Positions 41,680 through 51,399 of a stretch of DNA of 64,000 nt are shown here, piece after piece; the first letter of the stretch is position 1, and every line of letters starts with the position of its first letter. Where the stretch lies: contig CM035352.1 of NCBI GenBank assembly GCA_020137815.1, forward strand, positions 6,510,001-6,574,000. The letters are read 5' to 3'. The DNA is from Hormiphora californensis (taxonomy: Eukaryota; Animalia; Ctenophora). The notes under the pieces were generated by a model. The model did no database searches. It was not told the origin of the DNA and saw nothing but the letters and a program-made list of their open reading frames with translations. The translations under genes and the position numbers were made by a program.

Positions 41680-43322
41680 CTAGAGTACCCGTTTGCTGGG
41701 AACCCGTGACCTGGTAAATGGTAATTGGTAAATCATTTACTGTAACGCGCGAATTTTTCCAAAAAAGCGCTGCTTTTTTACGCCGCGCGCGGAACCTAGA
41801 ATTACGCGCGCAGTGTAAAATTTTAAAATTCATTGAAAATTTCCTCGCGTTTTATGTCGCCAAAAAAAGTCGACGAAAAATTCCAAATTCGTGAATTTAG
41901 AATTATAAGAACTCCGGTCCGTTTTCCGGGAACCCCTGGCCAAAGGACATTAAAGTTCACATAACGACCAAGTTTCATATCGATGGGGGGGGGGTCGGCC
42001 GATATTGGCCTTGAATATAAATAGTGGTACACACACTAACAATGTCAATAATAAATTAATCAAACGGGGTCAATAAATTATATAAATAAAGATTTAGTCT
42101 ATTTGGTAGATACTGTCGTCCCTGCTGCTGCTGCCTTCCGCCCTAAGCCGTCCGCGGTGCCCCCTGATGGAAATGGTGACGGAGCGGACCATGGCAAATG
42201 ACAACCTTAGCCTCAGGTACCGGATACACTGATCGTATGAATATCCTGTTTTAGTCGCCTTCTTCTCAGCCAACTGTTTCAAAGTCTTATTAAATTCCCT
42301 TCCGAGGCCCCCTGTTGTTGACATTACCAGTGGTGTGAATGTTGACTTTTCCACCTCTAGGACACGGTGGAGGTAGGATGTTTTCTTCTCTCTCTCGTGT
42401 TTTTCATATGTTTTGGCGATGGTCTGGTTTGAGTTGGACGATATCCTTGGATTGAAAATCCTAACATCAAAATAGATATTGTCCATATCCGACCAAAAGC
42501 CGCGACTACTGATGTCAAGTCTGGCGCCATCGGCTATTATAGTGCCAGCCGGAAGATTCACCCCTCGAACATTTAGAAGATGGGGCTCGATCTTAGTGTC
42601 GACACATACTTTATTCAGTTCGTGGCCAATGAGATCTCTCACGTTGTTGTGTCGGAAACATACAAAACCTCCGAGTTTACAGGATATGAGGTGGTCGATG
42701 GTGTTTTCTTCCCCACATGCACAATGCTGAGGTAAGGCCTGTCCGACGAGAGGCAGGTTGTACCGAGCAGACATGGCGTCATGCCACTCTTGCCTGTTGA
42801 GTGTGAAGTTCAAGGATTGGAGGGGGAGACATGTTAACCAGGATGAGGCCCCCTTTTCGTTGAGTAGGTCCAGATTTCTGATTTCAGCTGATGTCATCAA
42901 ACTTTTGATCTCATATCGATTGGATAAGATTTTGGGTGGCTACGGTGAAAAATATCGTATTTTTGGCATTTTTAACTTTCCCGACGCGATTTACGACCCT
43001 TAAACATTGAGTTACGGGAAATCGCTATCATGTAAAATGAAGTTCAAACGATTCTCTTTCCCCACTATTGCGTTAGTTTTTTGATTTAGAGCCGTTTTCA
43101 GGGTCTTAGAAGCGTTTGAAAAATGTAAGTATTTTTGGCGCAATGACGTCACCCCGTGACGTCACTGTTGTAAAGATCGGATCAAAAATCTGAGCCCGTA
43201 CTTACACCCGCCTAGGGTCCAAAGTACCAGTGTACAAATTTTCAGGGGTCTAGCTCAAAAACTGTAGGAGGAGTAGGGAGAAAACAATTATCGGACTAAC
43301 ATTTTGGAAATTATTATATGGA
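41680..43322 (-). mobile_element. Non-autonomous Helitron
   Basis: On the minus strand A|TCCATATAATAA...cccagcaaacgggtactCTAG|T: 5' TC, 3' CTAG, AT target, no TSD. Confidence 0.7.
41985..42910 (-). mobile_element. 5'-truncated CRE-like non-LTR retrotransposon (zinc knuckle + restriction-like endonuclease; ORF 42094-42900)
   Basis: GASSWL, CACG..DHLISC, RHNNVRD, RLDI..GFW..YFDVRI, HEREK motifs; 10-bp TSD tcatatcgat (41975-41984, 42911-42920). Confidence 0.85.
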
Positions 43323-43439
43323 TATGTTTTTTGAAACACGTTTTTTATTTTTTTTAACTTTTTTTACTTTTTTGATTTTGCGTCAATGCGCCGCCATACG
43401 GCAGGGCTGAACCTTGGTGTGCGCTGCAGTCAACAATGC

Positions 43440-43909
43440 GTATGGCGGCGCATTGACGCAAAATCAAAAAAGTAAAAAACGTTAAAAAAAATAAAAAACG
43501 TGTTTCAAAAAACATGTTTTTAAAAAAATATGTTTTCGAAAATTTTGATTTTGCGTCAATGCGCCACGTAAGCCGGCTCAATGACGCAAAATCATTTTTC
43601 GAAAATTTTGATTTTGCGTCAATGCGCCACGTCGCCGGCTCAATGACGCAAAATCAACATTTTCGAAAACATGTTTTTTTCCCGAAAATTTTGATTTTGC
43701 GTCAATGCGCCGGCCACGTGGCGCATTGACGCAAAATAAAAATTTTCGAAAACATGATTTTGCGTCATTGAGCCGGCTTACGTGGCGCATTGACGCAAAA
43801 TCAAAATTTTCGAAAACATGTTTTTTTAAAAACATGTTTTTTGAAACACGTTTTTTTATTTTTTTCATGTTATTATTTTTTTTGATTTTGCGTCAATGCG
43901 CCGCCATAC
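43440..43909. mobile_element. Foldback MITE, uninterrupted copy
   Basis: Palindromic along its length, built from ttgacgcaaaatc modules. Confidence 0.85.
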
Positions 43910-44276
43910 CACTCAACCGTTTTGGCTGATTCAAAGTTTATCTGGTAGGGAATGTCAAGGCCTAACCCCAACCCAAACCCCAACCCTAGCCCTAACCTTA
44001 CTTTAGCCCTAACCCTAAAAAACCGTTTGTCAGCACTCCCAAAACACCCAGATTTTAACGCTGGCCGGAAAAATGGAGGAAAATTTTGTCAAAAAATCTT
44101 CAAAGAAAGCCAAGAACATCTTCAAAGAAATTTTCGCCGCGCCGTAATTTTCTGTACTGAACCGCAAAATGTGGCGCGCGAAATTTAATATTTAACACTG
44201 CGCGCACAAACGGTTTTCCTCGTATCGCGTTTTGTGAATTTTTGCCAAAATCGACGAAAGTCGATTTTCAACTTAA

Positions 44277-44405
44277 AGTGTAAGCGAAACAACAACGAAC
44301 TGGCTGCGCGTCCCGCAACGTTGCGCATGTGAATCTCTCCGGTGAGATCGTTATGCGCAACGAATGCGCGACGCGCAGCCAGTTCGTTGTTGTTTCGCTT
44401 TCACT
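44277..44405. mobile_element. TTAA-flanked MITE (Kolobok-like AG..CT termini)
   Basis: ttaa|agtgtaagcgaaacaacaacgaactggctgcgcgtc ... gacgcgcagccagttcgttgttgtttcgctttcact|ttaa. Confidence 0.75.
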
Positions 44406-45051
44406 TTAAAATTGGAACACGTTTGGAATGCGCTGCAGTATGGAGGCACCCCGAATGTGTTGAGACGCGCATATCGCGACGCGCATGAGACGCGCATGCG
44501 ACGCGCACATTGCGACGCGCACCAAATTGGTCAAATTCAAAAAATGTGAAAATGCGTTTTTAAAATTTTAAGACTTGAGGCCTCTTGGACGTTTTGGGAG
44601 ACTGATGGTGACCCATAAGGAGTCCGAGAGCCTCAAAGAGAGTGCACAGCATCGGAAAGAGACTGCACTGTGCAGTGCACGCAGCATCCAGAATAGAGCG
44701 CGCGCTTACCACGTGAAAGTGGCTCACCGCGCGAAGTAAGCAGTACTTTACCCTCAATTTTCTTCTCGCGCGTTACATAACTCTCAAAATGGGCCGAACA
44801 GATCGAGAAATGCGAGCGGAAATTCTCGGTTCACCTGGAATCGATCACGTACCCCATCCAGGCAAGAGACCGAAAGTAACAAGATGGCGGTTTTTGATTT
44901 GACAATTGTTGTGATCATCTCTGATCTCGAACTGTGTGCCAGCACCAGACCCCAACTCAGCAGTGCCAGACAGATCACGAACATTGTGGCCAGTTCCTTG
45001 AGAAAAACAAACATTTAACAAATAGAAATTAACCGAGAATACATTATACAC

Positions 45052-45645
45052 TAAGCATACTGATCGTGATGATCATAATCAGGTCAGTGTGCGGACGTTT
45101 TGATGGTCACCATCAAAGGAGCGCACACACTGATGGTTATCATCATGATGGAGGCTTGATGCATCATGATGTTCTCAAACCATAGTGTGTTCACGTTTGA
45201 TCATCATGAACCATAGTGTGCTCACGTTTGATCATCATAAACCATGCTCAACTTGCTGGAACTTGCCTTTTGATCATGATCATCATGACCAGTGTGCTCA
45301 GCATGATGATGCTATCTCCCGGGAGCTCCCCCTTGCCTAGTCGCGCGCTCTGAGAGGCTGTTGCATATCACGTGACCTGTACAACAGCCTCTCGCGCGCG
45401 CGAAGTCGTACCACGTGGTACATATCACATGACTACAGTGCAGCCCTCCACAAGAATAAGATCAAAACCTGCGCACACTAGGTGTTGATGATCATCATCC
45501 AACTTAAGAGACGGCTCCAGGGCCAGCTCTTACGTGATGATCATAATGTTCCGCACACTGTAGTTTTTTGCAGATGATGATGATCAAAACCATGAGCACA
45601 CTTCATCTTTTTAACTGATTATGATCATCACGATCAGTATGCTTA
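45052..45645. mobile_element. MITE with 31-bp TIRs (taagcatactgatcgtgatgatcataatcag)
   Basis: Perfect TIRs and internal gatcatcat repeats. Confidence 0.8.
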
Positions 45646-46258
45646 TAGCCTGAGAATACAAAATAATATCGTTTACTCAATTACAGTGTCACTCAAGGTT
45701 CGGATCATCCTTTGACTCGTTAAGAACAATTGCCAATTTTCTCTCCCATCGCTTTATAAGAATATCTTCGATTCTTGCTCTGCGGATAGGGTCGCTCAGT
45801 ACTCTCAGCTGCTCTGAAATGAGGGACGAGGGTCAGTAACAGTTTATTCATAAATCAAAGGTATTCAAATTATGGAGTATGGACTATGGTGGAAAGTGGA
45901 GACCTGTTGTGAAAAAGAGAGATTCTTGAGTATCCATACGTTCTGTACAAGCTTTATCAATAAATTTCCTCATACATTCTCTCCAATATTCTATAGGCGA
46001 ATCCATCTCTAGACACCAAATATGCAACGGGACGGAGGCTGGAGGGATAAACAAGCACGAGCTATACAGGTGGCAACTAACTTAGAGGGGGAGAAAGACA
46101 AAGGGGTAGGGCAGTTCTTGATGTCATGAAATTTTACAGTAGATAGATTTTCATTGTCATTTGGCTGATACATATAACCTGCTGACTTTCCACGTCATCT
46201 GAGTGTTGGCTCCTTTTGAGCTAAAGCTTTGTGTACAATACTAAATTTATTTATGAAT

Positions 46259-46300
46259 GTTTCAAACTTTTCAACACTACTTTAAACAAATTAATTTGAG
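46259..46300 (+). other. Genomic copy of the ctenophore spliced-leader exon forming the 5' end of a LINE insertion
   Basis: GTTTCAAACTTTTCAACACTACTTTAAACAAATTAATTTGAG matches the Pleurobrachia/Hormiphora SL as recalled from memory. It is not followed by a GT donor, so it is not an SL RNA gene. Confidence 0.8.
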
Positions 46301-47168
46301 TTTGCCGTCAATCGATCTGATAACTGTGTTAGCATCTTATCTCTAATCTTTTTGATCTCTGTTGAGCCTACTTTAACGTAACTTATGAGTGAAATCTGTG
46401 AAGAGTTTTTTGTAGATGTAGCACTAAGAGTGAATTTGAAGATGTGTTATCAGGTGATGTATTAGACAAGTATAAAGGTAGTGATTTGTTGATTTGTCTT
46501 AGGAGGGATGACACTAATTGCCCATCGGGTCTTTTGAAACCTCAGCTGTGGGATATTCTCAAGGTTTGTTACAAACTGATCCCAGCTTCACTGCCTTACT
46601 CTGTTCCTGCAGACAATATGGACCTGAGAGAATCGTTTGAGAAGCTTCAGAAGGATCTCATCAGTACCATTTCATCATTGGTGAGACCAGTGGCAGAAAG
46701 TGAAGGATTGGAAGGTGTGGCTGAGAAACCGAAAGATATTCAGGAAGAACCGGAGACTCCTGAGATGAAACATTATGTCAACATAACCACCGGAGGAGGC
46801 CAAGGTGAAGAGGAATCTTTCTGTGCAAAAAAGTGGGCGGAATTTGTGAAACCCAAAGTAGAAAGTGCCCTGAAGAGTGAAGACTGTCCCTGTGGTTAGA
46901 TCTAGAGTCAATAGTGATCACACCAGGTTGTATTTTCCGGATGAGGACCAACTGAAAGAAGCAGAAGGAGGAACAGCAAAAGTATGAGGATTCTGAGGAA
47001 CATGAAAAGTATGAGGATTCTGAGGAACATCAAAAGTCTGAGGATTTTGAGGAACACGGGAAATATGAGGAACATGGGAGGTATGAGGATTCTGAGGAAA
47101 CTGGCACTGAGGGCTGCACGCCTAGATGGACAGATTTTGCAATTGTTAAGGAGGAAGAAATAATATCT

Positions 47169-48770
47169 GTGATCAAGTCAATGTCTAACAAGCACTGCGA
47201 CCTTGACCCCTTACCTACTTCTGTTGTGAAAGAATGTGTCAGAGAACTAGCACCAGTACTAACTGCAATGGTGAATCAATCCCTTCAAAAATCATCGGTA
47301 GCGGAGACACTTCAGAAGGCACTTGTTTTCCCAACCATCAAGAACCCTTATGGTGATCGTGAAGCTCTGACGAACTATCGGCAGGTATCGAATATACCAT
47401 TCCTTTCAAAACTTCTGGAGAAGGTTGTTCTGGGACAACTTAATGACTATATCCAATGTCACTCTCTTCTCGGAAAGCACCAGTCTGGTTACAGGGTTGG
47501 GCATAGTTGCGAGACTCTCCTCGTTAGTATGTTTGATGATCTTCTTGGTGAAATGGACAAAGGGAATGTGGTAGCTCTCATATGTCTTGACATGAGCGCT
47601 GCCTTTGACACAGTAGACCACGAAGGACTCCTTAAAGTACTACAGCAGAGGTTTGGTGTGGATGGTGTACCACTCCAATGGTTTAAGAGTTATCTGGGCT
47701 CTAGGTCTTTCTCGGTATCGGTACAGGATTGTCTATCTGAAACCTTGGCATTACTCTGTGGGGTGCCTCAGGGCTCTCTTCTCGGACCGGTTTTGTTTCT
47801 TCTTTACATCGAGGCTATACAGGACATTGTGAAACCTTATGGACTACGGATTAAGGTGTATGCAGACGACTCCCAATTGTATGTCAGTCTTGTACCCACG
47901 GACCCTATAGGATGGATGAGGACGAAGGCGGACATTGAAGAATGCCTTGCTAAGCTGAAGTGGATGGTGGAACAGTGGCTGAAGTGCAATGAGGCAAAGA
48001 CGGAGTTCATTCTAGTTGGCAAGAGCAGCTCAATCAGTAAGATGTCATTTGAACCGGTCATCAACTTTGGAGGAGAAGATATTTACCCAACGGAGTGTAG
48101 TGGAACGGATGGTAAAACTCTTGGTGTTCTTTTGGATCATAATCTGACAATGGAGAGGCAGGTCAACAACGTTCGGAAACAGTGTGGCTTGGTGTTGAGG
48201 AATCTCTGGCAACTGAACAAATGTTTCGATATTTCAACGAAGATTATGCTAGTAAAGCAGTTGGTGATATCTAAGATTGATTACAGTAACATACTGTATT
48301 GTGGACTACCTAAAAAGATCTTGGATGGGCTCCAGAAAGTTCTCAATTCCTGTATTCGCTTCATCTATAACCTCCGTGGGCACCAGGAAGACTACATGGA
48401 TTTCTTCCGGCAGTGCCATATTCTTCCGATCACTCAGAGACTTACTTTCAAAGCTTGCTTAATAGCCTACAAGATAGTCAGCGGTACAGCACCGGAATAC
48501 CTTCAAGATTTGGTACCTCTTGATGATTGTTGGGGAGCATCTAGAACTACACGGATGACAGGAGTTCTTGATCCCTACAGGCTCAAACACCCTAAGATGT
48601 CCAGTATCAATGCTAACTCAAAGCTAAGACGGAGGAGGATATCTGTGTTCCTGCCAATGGTGTGGAATGACCAACTAAGATCTATTCCTAATGTGGACAC
48701 CTTCAAATCTCGGTTAAAGACTCATCTGTTCACTGTGGCATTCGGCGAGGTTCCCACGGTTCTGGTATAG
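47169..48770 (+). CDS. Non-LTR reverse transcriptase (L2-like), N-terminally incomplete
   Basis: NYRQVSNIPFLSKLLE, QSGYR, LDMSAAFDTVDH, GVPQGSLLGP, YADDSQLY, C-terminal FKSRLKTHLF. Confidence 0.9.
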   Translation: MIKSMSNKHCDLDPLPTSVVKECVRELAPVLTAMVNQSLQKSSVAETLQKALVFPTIKNPYGDREALTNYRQVSNIPFLSKLLEKVVLGQLNDYIQCHSLLGKHQSGYRVGHSCETLLVSMFDDLLGEMDKGNVVALICLDMSAAFDTVDHEGLLKVLQQRFGVDGVPLQWFKSYLGSRSFSVSVQDCLSETLALLCGVPQGSLLGPVLFLLYIEAIQDIVKPYGLRIKVYADDSQLYVSLVPTDPIGWMRTKADIEECLAKLKWMVEQWLKCNEAKTEFILVGKSSSISKMSFEPVINFGGEDIYPTECSGTDGKTLGVLLDHNLTMERQVNNVRKQCGLVLRNLWQLNKCFDISTKIMLVKQLVISKIDYSNILYCGLPKKILDGLQKVLNSCIRFIYNLRGHQEDYMDFFRQCHILPITQRLTFKACLIAYKIVSGTAPEYLQDLVPLDDCWGASRTTRMTGVLDPYRLKHPKMSSINANSKLRRRRISVFLPMVWNDQLRSIPNVDTFKSRLKTHLFTVAFGEVPTVLV

Positions 48771-49124
48771 GTACTTGGCCGTGGGCAATTGGTGTCATCC
48801 CTTTTATTTCATTTCGGCTTTCATTACCTAGTACCTTGTTTTCAAGCTGGTGTGAGTATAGAGTGTGTTAAATTTATATCGACAGGTTTATGAGACCCGA
48901 TTGTTTTCTCAGTTACCATTACATAGTCACCTGTATTAGTCTACTTTAAACGTTTTTTTCTACCCAGTGTTGTTTGTGTGAGAGCATTATATATTACCTC
49001 TAGGATATACCGCTCTGATGATTTGACAGTTCAGTGTTAATTATATTACTCTGATACTGTTGAATATGGGCGGTATATAAGCTCCAGTTATTATTATTAT
49101 TATTATTATTATGAATGTTTAAAA

Positions 49125-49535
49125 AGTATCCTTCTTCATAAACTGAAAAGATATGGTATCAGAGGAAGACTACTTCAGAGCCTTCCTCGATGGTAGGTCA
49201 CAGACTGTGGTGATAGACGGAGCATGCTCCAGGGCCGAGAGTGTCACCAGTAGTGTCATCCAGGTCATCTGTGCTTGGACCCCTTCTATTCATCATATAT
49301 GTGTGTGACTTGGTATCCCGGACGACGGGAGGTACGCTTACCTTCGCGGACGACACCAAAAGCCGCCAAGCAATTACTGGATTGAAAGACAGGGATGCCC
49401 TACAAGAAAATCTGGAACAGATAGCGGAATGGTCGGGAAGAAATAATATGCTGCTGCATGAGCAGAAGTTTGAAGTCCTAAACTACACCCTCAACAAGAC
49501 CAGAGAACTCCGGGAGATGCCCTTCAACTCGGAGA
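49125..49535 (+). pseudogene. Degraded CR1/Jockey-type RT fragment
   Basis: ILLHKLKRYGIRGRLL, SVLGPLLFIIYV and FADDTK motifs with frameshifts. Confidence 0.75.
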
Positions 49536-51345
49536 TACTTACTTGATACTTGGTTCGGTCTCCTCAATCATTCGAGTGGCCGGCTCCAAGTATCCTCGCT
49601 CGTAGCGACGTGAGCTGTCTCCATTCATTTCTGTTCTCTGCAGTGTTAGTAATAGCACGGAGAGACTGGGATTGACCCGTAGCGTCTCGATAATCGTTCA
49701 GAACACAGGAAGTCCAGGTTTTACGCGGTTTTCCTCTGAAACGTCTCCCATGACTAGGCACCCAGTGATAGAGTTTGTTGGGCACCCTATCCTCAGGCAT
49801 TCTAATCAGGTGTCCAAACCAGCGGAGTCTTCCATTGCCAATGAACTTCGAGATTGGTTCTATCCCCGACCTCTCCAGTACCTCCCTGTTAGATACTCTC
49901 CTAAACCACTGTATTCTCAGGATTCTACGCAGGCACCGTTGGTGGAATGCCTCTACCCGGCGATCTTGGACCTGAGTAGTTGTCCAGGCCTCACAACCAT
50001 AGAGAAGCACGGTCAGAACAGCAGCCCTGTAAATCCTAATCTTGGTACAGGTCCTGATATTACGGTTGTACCAGATCCTACAGAGCATACTGAATGCACT
50101 ATATGCCTTCCCTATCCTGATACCCAGCTCCTTGTCGATGGTACCATCAGAGGACATAGCCGATCCGAGATAGGTAAAATTGGTCACCTGCTCAGCCGGA
50201 CTGCCCTCCACAGATATGTTGACCGTATCCGCCTCCGAAAAAGGACGCTGGTTAAGACCCTTAGAAAATGCCATAACTTTAGTCTTTTTCGCATTGATCT
50301 TCAAACCAGCATACCCTGCGTATTTAGCCAGTAAATCCGTTGACTCCTGGAGCCCTTCCTCTATATCATCCATTACAGCCATGTCATCCGCGTAATCGAG
50401 GTCCAGAAGCCACTCCCCTCCATCCCCACTCTCAACACCCTGAAGAGTGAGCCCCCTGGAGACAGTCTTGTTACACTCAGCAAGCTAAGCTGCCCAATTT
50501 ATAACGATGTTAAAGACTGGCGGCCCCTGGATGTCGCCCTGACCAGTACCACTAAGAACACTGAACCAATCGGAGAGTTCCCCACCATGTTTCACTGCAC
50601 TCACTGTACCATCAAAAAACGCACGAATTATCCGGATATATTTCTCAGGAAGACCATAATGGCGAAATGATGCCCAAACAAATTCTCTGTTTATACAATC
50701 GAATGCTGATTTAAAGTCTATAAAGTTTATGTACAATGGTAAATTATATGCTATACACTGGTGTATGATAGTACGGAGGGAATAAATCTGATCCACACAA
50801 GAACGGTTTCGCCTAAAACCGCACTGGTTTTCCCTGAGTGCCAGTTCCAGGCCTGATGCCAACCGATCCAGCATTACAATTTGAAACAACTTAGAGGTTG
50901 TTGACCGCAGTGTAATACCCCTGTTGTTAGAACAAATACTGGGGTCACCCTTTTTAGGGATCACCGAAATAACCCCTTTCAACCACTCCTCCGGGACCTT
51001 CTCCTCCCTCCAGACTCCACCAAACAAATCCACTAGGGGGCCGACAAGACCACTCGAGCCATACCGAAGCTGCTCATTCGTAATCCCATCAACGCCAGGA
51101 CTCTTATGATTCTTGAGCCTCTTCAGTGCCGCTAAAACTTCTCCACGAGAAGGTGGAGGATCATCCTCACCAAGGTCCTCAAAACACGGGTCCACATCCA
51201 GACCATCCAGATCCGAGAGCTGTGATGTAGTTACAGGGGGGTTTAACAGCTCAGAGAAGTGCTCCGCCTAGCGCTCCCGCTGTTGAACAGGATCAGCAAT
51301 GAGTTCACCGTTCCTATCGCGAACAGCAGTACCACCACGTTTCCT
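49536..51345 (-). mobile_element. RTE-clade LINE, 5'-incomplete, with in-frame stops
   Basis: KSPGVDGI, NNRGITL, QCGFR, FIDFKSAFD, GTGQG, YADD, LRWFGH motifs across ORFs 50485-51195 and 49564-50382 (TAG at 50485); tail caagtatcaagtaagta. Confidence 0.85.
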
Positions 51346-51399
51346 CACACCGGAGGAATGAATAGAAGGAGGAAATGGCGAAGGAGAATGAAGGGAACA

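Larger units (their letters stand above)
41433..43400. mobile_element. Foldback MITE (TIR GTATGGCGGCGCATTGACGCAAAATC), interrupted by a Helitron
   Basis: Arms 41433-41679 and 43323-43400 rejoin to resemble the uninterrupted copy at 43440-43909. Confidence 0.8.
46259..49110 (+). mobile_element. L2/CR1-group LINE, SL-capped, internally deleted (ORF1 5' part + RT, no APE domain)
   Basis: TSD ttatgaatgttt (46251-46262, 49109-49120); (TTA)n tail 49088-49110; ORF1-like frame ~46385-46970; RT ORF. Confidence 0.85.

Noticed and set aside
43961-44018. Telomere-like (CCCTAA) repeats
   Set aside because: Short, degenerate and embedded among transposon fragments; not a chromosome end.
45686-46250. Possible minus-strand exons (e.g. 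QLRVLSDPIRRARIEDILIKRWERKL)
   Set aside because: Plausible splice sites, but no consistent gene model or recognisable domain.
46259-46400. SL RNA gene
   Set aside because: The SL exon is followed by TTTGCC, not a GT donor and SL intron, and it lies inside a TSD-bounded LINE.
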